A DNA stretch of 30,691 nucleotides from Macrostomum lignano (GCA_002269645.1 NIVC01004940.1:1-30691); one strand, 5' to 3'. Shown: positions 10,992-21,360, counted from the stretch's first letter. Notes: generated from the sequence alone by a model not told the origin. Program-made: numbers and translations.

Positions 10992-13187
10992 ATGCAGCAG
11001 GCCGATCTCGCATCCCGCATGCACGCGGCCGTCCAGCTGGACGATGCCGACGCCCTTGAAAAGCTTTTGCGTAGCGGCGGCGATCCCAATGCGCCCTGCG
11101 CAGCTTGCGAGGACGCCGACGTCATCGGGCGCCGTTGCCGGCGCCGCCTGCTGCACGCGGCCGTGTCGCCTGAGTGCCGGCCGGCCTGTCTGCGCCTTTT
11201 ACTAGCCAGCGGCGCCGACCCAGACCTCACCGACGCTGATGAAGATCGCGGCAGCAGCGGTGATAACGAAAGCTTCGAATATAATGGCGAAGATGTCGGC
11301 GAGACGCCGCTGCACACGGCAGCCGAGAGCTGCCACAGCGGCGACGCACCCTGCCTGCTCGCCCTGCTCGCCGCCGGTGCCGACTGCTGGGCGACTGACG
11401 CCGATGGCGACAACCCGCTGCATCGCGCCTGCCTGGCCGGCAACAATTCTGCCGCGGCAGCTCTGCTGGCGGCGGAACCGCGGCTGGCCTGCTGCCCCAC
11501 CATCGGTCTCGGCCTCGGGAAAATCACTTGCCTGCACGTGGCCGCGGCCGCCGGCAACGCTGAGCTGCTGCAGCTGCTGCTGCGTTGCGGCGCCGACCAC
11601 CTGGCTCTGGACGGGCAAGGCCGGGCGCCGGTTGACATCCTGCTGGTTGGCCGCGACACCGATGGCCTGGACTGCCTTGGCCGGCGCCTGGCTGCCCCCC
11701 TGCGGCCGGGCCTGCGACGGGGCCAGACCGCCAGCGACCTGCTCTCCAGCCGACCCGGCCGCGCCTACCTGGCCCAGCTGCTGAGCATCGACACCGGCAC
11801 CGCCTTTGACGGGGAGACGCTGTTCCGGCCGAGCGACCGGGTCTGTAAGGAGCGGCTCGCCGGTCTGGAGGCGGTCGCCAGCGAGCGGGGAATGTCAAGC
11901 CAGCGGCTGGTCGACGCCTTGGTCGACGCGCATCAGCTGGGCCTGACGCCCGATCTCGAGCTGGCGGACTCGGCCGGCCTGGTTGGCCGACTGGCCGGTC
12001 GTGTCGGCCGACTCGTCCTTTTGACGCAGGAAGCTGGCCAGCTGAGGCGGCTGACCGCCTGCAGGCGTCTCTGGCTGCTGCTGGCCGCCCGGCTCCGACC
12101 GCGCATCCGCCAGCTGTACTCGGTGGCCCTCCGCTACCGCAAGGCGACGGTCTCTGGGTCGTCCGCCGCTGCGGCTGCCTCGGCTTCTGTTGTCGGTGGG
12201 CCGTGCCAGGCGATTCGCCGGGAGCTGGCCGCCAGCTCCCCTGACGGCCGCTGGCGCGTGGAGGCCGGCCTGCTGAACCGGGCGGTGGCCCGGCTGACCG
12301 GCTTCGAGCGGTTCCGCTCCCGCGAGCCGGTGTTCCCTCGTGAGATCGACGCCGTCGGGGCGCTGCGCGATCCGCTGCAGTCGCTGACCACCTGGGCGGT
12401 GCTAACGGGTCGCCTGCGGCTGGTGACGGTGCTGCTACGCCAGGAGGAGTTCGACTTGGTGCCGCTGGCGCTGCTCTCTGCCACGCTGCTCCGCGCCCTG
12501 GCTCGCCGGCCGGAGGTGGACAACGTGTTCGCCGAGGCCACGGCCCGCGTCGCCGGCATCTGCGAGTCCTTGGCGGTGCGGACGCTGCGCGCGGTGAAAG
12601 ATGTCGACAGCTCTGTGGGCAACTGCCTGACCATCAGCTTCATCAGCCAGCCACTGCCCAACTACGCCGACTACACGGTGCTTGACTTGGCCGCCATCGG
12701 CTGCGTCACCAGCCTCGTCAAGCTGGACATCGCCGAGCTGGCCACGGACATGCGCTGGTATGGCGAATTCTTCAACAGTCGCTCCCTGCCCGGCCAGTCG
12801 TCGTTTGTTCGCGAGCTGCTCATCGCCTGCGGCTTCCTGCCGCCGCTGCTGCCCTTCCTGCCGCGCCTGCTGCGTCGGCTGAATGATCCGGAGAAGAGGC
12901 GCTTCCTGGACAAAATGCTGGGCGACTCGGATGGCGAGGGCAACGACGTCGGTGTTGAAGAGGATGAGCTCGCTGACGCCGATGAGGAAGAGGCTGTCGA
13001 GAATAACTCGTCAGCAAAGCCTGCGCCGCCGCCGCCGCCGCCACCCGGCTGGTGCTCCGAGCTTCGGGCCTGCGCCGCCGACCTGCACCGCTTCTACGAC
13101 ACTCCGTGCGTGAAGTTCCGCGCCAGCGTAGCGTTCTACTTTGCAACCGTGACCATGCTGTCGCTGATGATTTTGCACGATTTTCAG
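10992..13187 (+). CDS. Ankyrin-repeat TRPM-like cation channel, exon 1 (5 ankyrin repeats, MHR4-like/pre-S1 region, S1)
   Basis: Ankyrin motifs GETPLHTAA, GDNPLHRAC, TCLHVAAAAGNAELLQLLLRCGAD. TRPM-like DPLQSLTTWAVLTGR, YTVLDLA, MRWYG and FYDTPCVKF. Ends at CAG|GTGAGA (phase 0). ATG at 10992 is the first in-frame ATG. Confidence 0.85.
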
Positions 13188-13364
13188 GTGAGACTGTTTT
13201 ACTTATTGGCGTGATGGCAGATTGTTTGGCATGCGGCTGAGCTGACTGCTCTCATCGGCAAGAAGGTGCCGAAAAGAGTTGCATCGGGTGTCTTCCACGT
13301 TTATTTCCTGCTAAAGCGAAGATAAGGAGGGCTGAATAGATAAAACGTTTTCGGTACCACGCAG

Positions 13365-13905
13365 GGTGACGTCAGCAGCCTGGAGGTGGCGAGCTACTTG
13401 GCCATGCTGGGCGTTCTGGCCGAGGAGCTTCGCGAGCTGGTCGCATGTTATCACCGGGGCGTGCTCGCCGCCTACCTCTCCGACGGCTGGAACATCTTGG
13501 ACTTGGTGGCTGTCACCTGCGGCTTGATCGCTTTCGTCTCTCGCCGCTTCAGCTCGAGCGATTGGGACTTGCTTGGCACCCTGATGCCGGACCACCAGCG
13601 CCGCTCCCGCAGCGTCGGATACATCTTCGTGGTAGCGGCCACCCTCATCTTCTGGCTGCGCATCCTGTTCGTCTCGGTCGTGCTGGAGTCTGTCGGCGTC
13701 AAGCTCAAAATGCTGTCCCAGGTCATCCGGCGCGACTTCATCCCGTTCCTGTACATCTTGGCTGTGGTCATGGCCGGCTTCGGGATCGCCTTCGCCGCTC
13801 TGCTCTGGCCGGGCGCCGCCTACTACCGGAACGGCAGAAGTGTGAACATCCCGCCTGCCGAGCTGGCGGTGGCCATCATCAGGAGGACATTTTATGCCAT
13901 TGTGG
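13365..13905 (+). CDS. Ankyrin-repeat TRPM-like channel, exon 2 (S2-S5 and pore helix)
   Basis: Acceptor CACGCAG|GGT; YLSDGWNILDL (S3), FWLRIL (S4), DFIPFLYIL (S5); donor GTGG|GTAAGT (phase 1). Confidence 0.9.
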
Positions 13906-13964
13906 GTAAGTAGCTGCGGACACACTGGAGGCTAGGCAACAGGGGCTTTTGGGTTAAATTAGCT

Positions 13965-14280
13965 GGATTGGATTGGATTGGATTGGATTGGATTATATTG
14001 GGTTGGATTGGATTGGATTGGATTGGATTGGATTGGATTGGATTGGATTGGATTGGATTGGATTGGATTGGATTGGATTGGATTGGATTGGATTGGATTG
14101 GATTGGATTGGATTGGATTGGATTGGATTGGATTGGATTGGATTGGATTGGATTGGATTGGATTGGATTGGATTATATTGGGTTGCATTGGATTGGATTG
14201 GATTGGATTGGATTATATTGGGTTGGATTGTATTGGGTTGGATTGGATTGGATTGGATTGGATTATATTGGGTTGGATTG
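13965..14280. repeat. (GGATT)n pentanucleotide microsatellite filling most of TRP intron 2
   Basis: About 63 pentamers, ending 15 nt before the exon 3 boundary. Confidence 0.97.
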
Positions 14281-14295
14281 TAACTCCCCTCGCAG

Positions 14296-15026
14296 GCGAA
14301 TACGGCCTGGACGAACTCGAAAACGTGTGCGACTACAGCCCCAGCGACGGCAACGACACCTCCGCGCCGGATGACGCTAGCATGTGCGTGGCGCACCCCG
14401 GCAGCGACCTGGTGCACTACATCCTGCTAGTCCTATACATCGCCATCGTACAGATCCTGCTCCTGAACGTGATCGTGGCGCTGTTCAGCAAGACGGTGGA
14501 CTCAGTGGACGCGGAGTCCCGCTCCATGTGGCTGATCGGCTGCTACGAGCTCAACGAAGAATTCACCGCCCGTTCGGCCGTCCCGCTGCCCTTCAACCTG
14601 CTGCTGGAGCTGTGGAACCTGCTGTGCTGGCTGGTCCGCCAGCTGAGCTCCGCCTGCACCGGCGCCGACCGATCGGCGTCGCCAGCTGACGCGGCCTCGG
14701 CAGACAAGCTGGCGGCGATCGGCGAGCGGAGCTCCGTGTACATGGTGTACCTGTTTTACCAGGCCGTCACGCTCAGGCGGCTGCGCCCGAGGCTCGACGG
14801 GTTTGGCGGCGGCGGCGTCGGCGGCGACGAAGCCAGCCTAACCGGGGAGTCGGCGGCCGCGGCAGCCAGGCTCAACAAGGTCGGCGTCGCCCAGGCCGGC
14901 ATGCTGGACAGCCTGGAGGCGCAGAGCCGTGAGCTCAACGTGCTGTCCAGGCAGCTGGACTGGCTGCTCAGCGGTAGGCGGACTTCGGCCGTGGGGGTCG
15001 CCATGGTGGATCAGCTGAGAGGCTGA
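14296..15026 (+). CDS. Ankyrin-repeat TRPM-like channel, exon 3 (filter, S6, TRP helix, coiled coil, stop)
   Basis: Acceptor CCCTCGCAG|GC restores YAIV-G-EYGLDE (TRPM-type pore). LLLNVIVALFSKT (S6), VPLPFNLL, C-terminal heptads. Spliced CDS of 3468 nt is in frame throughout. Confidence 0.9.
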
Positions 15027-15738
15027 GAGAAACAGTCGGGCACAGAGGCGTTGCGAAATCATGAAACTGCGTTTGCGGTGCGCACTTGAATTGAACAGTT
15101 GGGGACAGTGGGGTGATGCAGCATCGGCTTACACAATGCTTGTCGAGTTGAGGGACATTCAGCGCAGTTTTGCAACACTTTACCTTCGTGCATGGCGAAT
15201 GAAAATGCAAACCCTTGCAAGCTTTAGTTTTTAGTGCAAGAATTTGAAGCTAACTATATTTATCAGACTGCCATTCGAAATTGGTACTGTGCAAGCGAGC
15301 TTTTTCGAACTTTTTTTCTACTTCGGCAGTGCATTGCTGCTTCCTTGAGTAAGCGGCTGCCAGCTTCGCCAGTTGCTGGGCATCAATTTAATGCCGCGGC
15401 CATGGACCACTAAAAGTAGAAGAATGCCGCATTTGCACTGGAAGCCGGTTTTAACTGCAAAATGTATTACTTAATCCCCTTTGGTACTTTCTAATCGCAA
15501 ATTAATAAAGTAAGACTTTAGCCTAACTTTTGTCCAATGGTATGTTATGGGTTTTGTCTGAGACTGACTCATCAAGATACATTTTCGAAAAATATATTAA
15601 TGCAGAATGGAAGGCTTCAAATAGCAGCTGTGCTCTGGAAAACGAATTTCCTAAGATTCTTTCTGGGTTGCAATTTGTCTAATTGGTTTTTACCACAGAC
15701 GAACTTTGTGGTAACTCTGTGGTTTCCCATAGATCTTC

Positions 15739-16146
15739 CCATAGACACAAACCCCTTACCATAGACACAAACCCCTTACCATAGACACAAATCCCTTACT
15801 ATAGACACAAACAACTTACCATAGACACAAACCCCTTACCATAGACACAAACCCCTTACCATAGACACAAACCCCTTCCCATAGACACAAATCCCTTACT
15901 ATAGACACAAACAACTTACCATAGACAAAAACCCCTTACCATAGACACAAACCCCTTACCATAGACACAAACCCCTTCCCATAGACACAAACCCCTTACC
16001 ATAGACACAAACCGCTTACCGTAGACACAAACCCCTTACCATAGACACAAACCCCTTCCCATAGACACAAACCCCTTACCATAGACACAAACAACTTACC
16101 ATAGACATAAACCCCATACCATAGACATAACCCCTATACCATAGGC
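15739..16146 (+). repeat. 20-bp minisatellite A
   Basis: Unit CCATAGACACAAACCCCTTA, 20 copies, ending in CCATAGGC. Confidence 0.95.
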
Positions 16147-16726
16147 AAAAGACACGACTTATTCCACATTCGACAGCTCAGCATGTGAGCATCGTCATTT
16201 CTGTGATATAAAATTCTAGTTTTGCAGCGAATGTTTCAAATAAAATTTTCACAATCTGCGAGTGCCGTGTCCTTTAACTTTAGCTGTCCATGGCGGCATT
16301 CTGTGCAGAAATACTTCTCCTAAACGGTTATCTGGCCAGCCTGGAATCCCCCTTCGGAGAAATTCTGTCTGTCTTGCCTTAGTGACCTTTCCACAGTGGG
16401 CTTCACGGTCCTATTGATTTCCGTACCCAACCATACATGGTTAGTCCGGTCCTGCATACATGCACCGCAGTCAATCATTTCCGCAACCTGTGCACGGTAC
16501 GTTTCGAATTTGCGTGCAAGAATAAATCATAATTTTTTGTTCTTCTGCAGCCGAGGCCAAATACGTTTAATCAAAAACTATGCAAACTGTTGCTGTTAAC
16601 GGTTGCACAGCTGTCTGTCTGACAAATTCGCTACAATACTCCTATAGGTGTCTGTGTAAAATCGTTTGCTGTGGTAGCACGAACCGAGAATTATAAATTC
16701 TCCTAAATGTTTTTAGTCCAAATTTC

Positions 16727-17200
16727 GTCTATGGTATGGTATGGGGTTGTGTCTATGGTATGGTATGGGGTTGTGTCTATGGTATGGTATGGGGTTGTGT
16801 CTATGGTATGGTATGGGGTTGTGTCTATGGTATGGTATGGGGTTGTGTCTATGGTATGGTATGGGGTTGTGTCTATGGTATGGTATGGGGTTGTGTCTAT
16901 GGTATGGTATGGGGTTGTGTCTATGGTATGGTATGGGGTTGTGTCTATGGTATGGTATGGGGTTGTGTCTATGGTATGGTATGGGGTTGTGTCTATGGTA
17001 TGGTATGGGGTTGTGTCTATGGTATGGTATGGGGTTGTGTCTATGGTATGGTATGGGGTTGTGTCTAGGGTATGGTATGGGATTGTGTCTTTGGTATGGT
17101 ATGGGGTTGTGTCTATGGTATGGTATGGGATTGTGTCTTTGGTATGGTATGGGGTTGTGTCTATGGTATGGTATGGGATTGTGTCTATGGTATGGTATGG
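16727..17200 (-). repeat. 24-bp minisatellite B, related to and inverted relative to A
   Basis: Minus-strand unit (CCATA)3+GACACAACC, about 20 copies. Confidence 0.95.
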
Positions 17201-17645
17201 GCTTGCGACCACGGACACCTGGTGCTGCGGTGTCGCGCAGGGAGATCCGGTGGTGCCTGTGTCCGCAGCGTGGTCCCCCTTCGGAGAGTCAAGGAGGTGA
17301 ATGGTTGCTCATCCTGTAGCCGTTAGGTGGCTGAGATTCTCGGGCGTGAAAACTTTAGAGAGGTCAGGGTTTGGGCCGAGGTAGGTGAGCCTGTCCTGAG
17401 TAAAGGCGGGGCATTCGCAGATGAAATGCTCCGCATTCTCGACACCGGAGAGGCAGAAAGGGCATTCCTTGCCACGGACTTTTTCTTGGAGGTAGCGATT
17501 GCTGGCAAAACAGCCATGACATCCAGAGGGCCATGGTCACCGCCCTGATATCCCTGCGGTTGAGTCCAAGCAGTTGGGCCCTGAATGACTTATCGGATCG
17601 GTTAGGAACGTATGGTTGTACCAGCGCAGTACATTGCAAGTGCAT
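17201..17645 (-). mobile_element. 5'-truncated non-LTR retrotransposon 3' end (I-group: Loa/R1/I/Nimb-like ORF2 C-terminus plus 3' UTR)
   Basis: Minus strand QLLGLNRRDIRAVTMAL, a frameshift near 17525, then GCHGCF...CPFCLSGVENAEHFICECPAF = CX2CX8HX4C zinc knuckle (17464-17411). Stop at 17311-17309, ~108-nt UTR, then CCATA repeats. Confidence 0.75.
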
Positions 17646-18131
17646 TTAGTACGAATGGGTTTTCACCATAGACAAATCACCCGAGAAAATCCCGATTTCT
17701 GGAGAGCATACAGAATGCACTAGCCATACGATTGGCTGACGCTGCAGACACCCTACCGGCAAACACAGGCGCGCACTCGGAGTTGCATCGGCTGACGCCG
17801 GCGCCCAGCCATGAGGCGAGCACAAGAGCCACTAAAAAAGATCACACGAAGCTGACATTTGTTTGGTGGTAAAAGCCCTCTTGATTCAATGCATTCTGGT
17901 TAGAGTGATTTCGTTATTTTTTTCAAAAAGTTGGTTAGTTAAACTACTTCTGGCAAGTAGCTTATACGAACATTATTTTATATTGGAATTTTTGTGTTCC
18001 TTGCTTTTCGCACACTGCGCTACCCGCAGAAAATGACCATAAACTATAACAGAGCCAGCGCTCATGCATCAATCCAGTATTTTAGCATAAGTTGGCAGGC
18101 AGGCAGTCAGCTCAAGCCCAGCTCAGTAAAA

Positions 18132-18554
18132 ATGTCTGCAGGCCGCCTTCGCCGTAGCCGCTTTCAGCTGAGCCGCCTTTCCGGCGCCCTCCGCCGCCTG
18201 TTCAGCCGGTGCCGCAGCGGCTGCGACTCCGGCGCCGAACTGAGCAGCAGCCGGTGCGCCGCCGCCAGCGGAGACTCGTCGTCCTACATCCGCATGGGCC
18301 GCAGCGTCGACTGCGACCTCTGCGACCTCGACAGCGTCGGCGGCAGTGTCGATGGCGGCGTCGGCGCCACCCTGGCCGTGATGTGCGAGACCTGCTGCGA
18401 CATATTTGCAGTCAGCGGCTTGACGCCGTTGTCACGGCAACAAACCGGATGCTGCTGGTACGAGCCGGTGTGCGAGCTGTGCTCCTGTCTGACTGACCGA
18501 GGCCGGGGCCGGTCGGCCGAGTTGGGATCTATAGGGATCTGGGATCTATTATAG
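18132..18554 (+). CDS. Hypothetical Cys-rich protein (140 aa) with an Arg-rich N-terminus
   Basis: AAAAATG start, strongly C-ending codons, CxxC motifs CDLC, CETC, CELC. The last ~9 codons and the stop come from the adjacent satellite. Confidence 0.5.
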   Translation: MSAGRLRRSRFQLSRLSGALRRLFSRCRSGCDSGAELSSSRCAAASGDSSSYIRMGRSVDCDLCDLDSVGGSVDGGVGATLAVMCETCCDIFAVSGLTPLSRQQTGCCWYEPVCELCSCLTDRGRGRSAELGSIGIWDLL

Positions 18555-19387
18555 GGATCTGGGATCTATAGGGATCTGGAATCTATTGTAGGGATCTGGG
18601 ATCTATTGTAGGGATCTGGGATCTATTGTAGGGATCTGGGATCTATAGGGATCTGGGATCTATTGTAGGGATCTGGGATCCATAGTAGGGATCAGGGATA
18701 TATAGGGATCTGGAATCTATAGTAGGGATCTGGGATCTATATAGGGATCTGGGATCAATAGTAGGGATCTGGGATCTATAGTAGGGATCTGTGATCTATA
18801 GGGATCTGGGATCTATAGTAGGGATCTAGGATCTATAGGGATCTGGGATCTATTGTAGGGATCTAGGATCTATAGGGATCTGGGATCTATTGTAGGGATC
18901 TGGGATCTATTGTAGGGATCTAGGATCTATAGGGATCTGGGATCTATTGTAGGGATCTAGGATCTATAGGGATCTGGGATCTATTGTAGGGATCTGGGAT
19001 CTATAGGGATCTGGGATCTATTGTAGGGATCTGGAATCTATAGTAGGGATCAGGGATATATAGGGATCTGGAATCTATAGTAGGGATCTGGGATCTATAT
19101 AGGGATCTGGGATTAATAGTAGGGATCTGGGATCTATAGTAGGGATCTGTGATCTATAGGGATCTGGGATCTATAGTAGGGATCTGGGATCTATAGTAGG
19201 GATCTGGGATCTATAGTAGGGATCTGGGATCTATTGTAGGGATCTGGGATCTATTGTAGGGATCTGAGATCTATTGTAGGGATCTGGGATCTATAGTAGG
19301 GATCTGGGATCTATAGGGATCTGGGATCAATAGTAGGGATCTGGGATCTATATAGGGATTTGGGATCTATAGGGATCTGGGATCTAT
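18524..19387. repeat. GGGATCT-based variant minisatellite (17-20 bp units)
   Basis: GGGATCT pairs separated by ATA, ATATA, ATAGTA or ATTGTA. An ~140-bp block is duplicated at ~18688 and ~19046. Confidence 0.95.
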
Positions 19388-19764
19388 GAACTTAAGTGGG
19401 ATGCTATGGAATTCAACTCCATCGCTGAGTCTATTATCCATAGGTGGGGTTTCATCTGTTCACCAGTGCAGATTTATTCACTAGACTCATTTATTACTAA
19501 TGCTCAGCTTAGGGCATCTTCAATATTGACGCTTTATTAGCACTTATTTTCCTTAACCTTAAATACACTTTTAAGCCATGTTTTGCACAAAGAAATATGC
19601 CTTAGCATACCTAGAGCAGTAGCTTTAATTATTATTGCAGTAGATACCGCAGCTTTCTGGTACTTACCTTTAATACTTCAACTTGATAACCGAGTTCAAG
19701 TACGAAGTAATAAACGAGGAAAATCTTTAAGAGAAAAATCAATCAGGCTGAAATTCAACGATTA

Positions 19765-20330
19765 CCCTCTCCCTTTCCCTCACCCTCTCTCCTCTCCCCT
19801 TTCCTTTCTATCCTCTCCCCTCTCCCTTCTCTCTTCTCCCCCTCACCCTCTCACTTCCCTCTCCTCTCTCGTTTCTCCCTTCATCCTTCTCTCCTCTCTC
19901 CTCACCCTCTCCCCTAACCCTCTCCCTCTCCCCTATCCCCTCACCCTCTCCCCTAACCCTCTCCCTCTCCCTCACCCTCTCCCTCTCCCCTCACCCTCTC
20001 CCTCACCCTCACCCTCTCCCCTCACCCTCTCCCTCTCCCCTCACCCTCTCCCTCACCCTCACCCTCTCCCCTCACCCTCTCCCTCTCCCCTCACCCTCTC
20101 CCCTCACCTTCTCCCTCTCCTCTCACCCTCTATCCTCACCTCCTCTCCTCACCCTCTCCCCTCTCCTTTCTCTCTTCTCCCCTCTCCCTTCTCCTCTATA
20201 AGCTCTCCCCTCTACCCTCTCCCCTCCCGTCCTCTACTCTCCCTTCTCCCTTCTCCCCCTCACCCTCTCCCCTCACCCTCTCACTTTTTCCCTGTCCTCT
20301 CGCCTCTCGCCTTCCCCTCTCTCCCTATCT
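19765..20330. repeat. CT-rich low-complexity tract (CCCTCA/CCCTCT variants)
   Basis: Near-pure pyrimidine tract; ORF 19583..20371 is its Pro/Ser/Leu translation. Confidence 0.9.
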
Positions 20331-21002
20331 CGAACCTATTGGGCAGAAATCTATTAGCTAAGCAGTTGTAAATAATCTAGTTAAAATCTTACTTGGCTAC
20401 TTGTTACAGTAGTCAAATGAGGCCTTTATTGTAAAAAATATAATAATTCATCGGGCTATTGTGGAGAGCCGCATGCGCGGATGCTAATTTTAGTAATAAA
20501 TCATCTCCTTCCCACTGCGTAGCGAAGCTACCAACCAACCTCACTGCCCCCTTAATAAACGCTAAGCTTATGCAGGCATTTCTGCAGGTTCTGAGTAGAT
20601 TTTGAGTCTTTTTTTATAGACAAAAACAGTATGGGTTGGAAAATGGCATCTGCGGATGCACCAATGTTGTTAAAAGTTTTACAACTTATACAGATATTGT
20701 CTCTCTCCCTTAAATACGAACATATGGAGAGCCTTGCAAATATTAAGTTATTCAACCAATTTTAGTAGCATATTGGCGTATTAACTTAGTTTTTTTACTG
20801 GAGCAACGAGAAACCAGAGCAATGCTATATAATCAAAGCTGTACCAGCCTAATCACCAATGCGTTCGCCTGCAAACGCAGCGACCTTGGTTCGAATCTGG
20901 CAAATCTTCGAAGTTTTTCTTTCGACCATTTTTTATCATTTAAGATGCTTGTACTTTTTTGGCAATTCACGACAAATAAGCGTCAGTAGCCTTTTTTATT
21001 TC

Positions 21003-21280
21003 ACCTGCCCTAATGGGCAGATGTGCAACCGACAGCTCAGTCGCAGCTATTGCGCGGCGCATCTGAAGGCTGCGTACGGCTGTTCAGTCCAAGGACTGGG
21101 GGGTCGCCACACACAGCCTCAATTACCCCAGCTAATGCTGGCACCCATTTTACAGCTGGGTGAACTGAAGCAATGCAGAGTTAAGTGTCTTGCTCAAGGA
21201 CACGAATTGTTCCGAGTGGATCGAGAATCGAACCCTCGACCTCTAATCACTAAGGCTCCAACCCCTAAGGCTCCAACCCC
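21003..21280 (-). mobile_element. CORE-like SINE, copy 2 (head partly deleted)
   Basis: 21019-21203 matches 5400-5584 at 183/185 nt. The tRNA head is diverged, lacks ~20 nt, and carries a 15-bp tandem duplication (TAAGGCTCCAACCCC x2). Confidence 0.85.
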
Positions 21281-21360
21281 TACTATATCAGTAGCTCGGA
21301 ATAATCCAGTGAAATGCTTTTATACTACTGAATAGGAGTCTGAATAGATTGTCAAAGCTT

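Noticed and set aside
11202-13146. Multiple overlapping antisense and alternative-frame ORFs within TRP exon 1, and similar ones at 8079-8653 and 26335-27179
   Set aside because: Expected shadows of GC3-rich coding sequence.
18150-18410. Arg/Cys-rich protamine-like reading on the minus strand
   Set aside because: Off-frame antisense shadow of the plus-strand ORF, with no suitable start codon.
18524-19387. CRISPR-like repeat-spacer appearance (also considered for 15739-17200 and 25898-26343)
   Set aside because: Spacers are 3-6 nt and recurrent rather than unique 25-45 nt sequences; no cas genes; eukaryotic context.
20845-20900. tRNA gene candidate with GGTTCGAATC B-box
   Set aside because: No D-arm GG, anticodon stem or acceptor stem could be folded; at most a decayed tRNA-derived SINE head.
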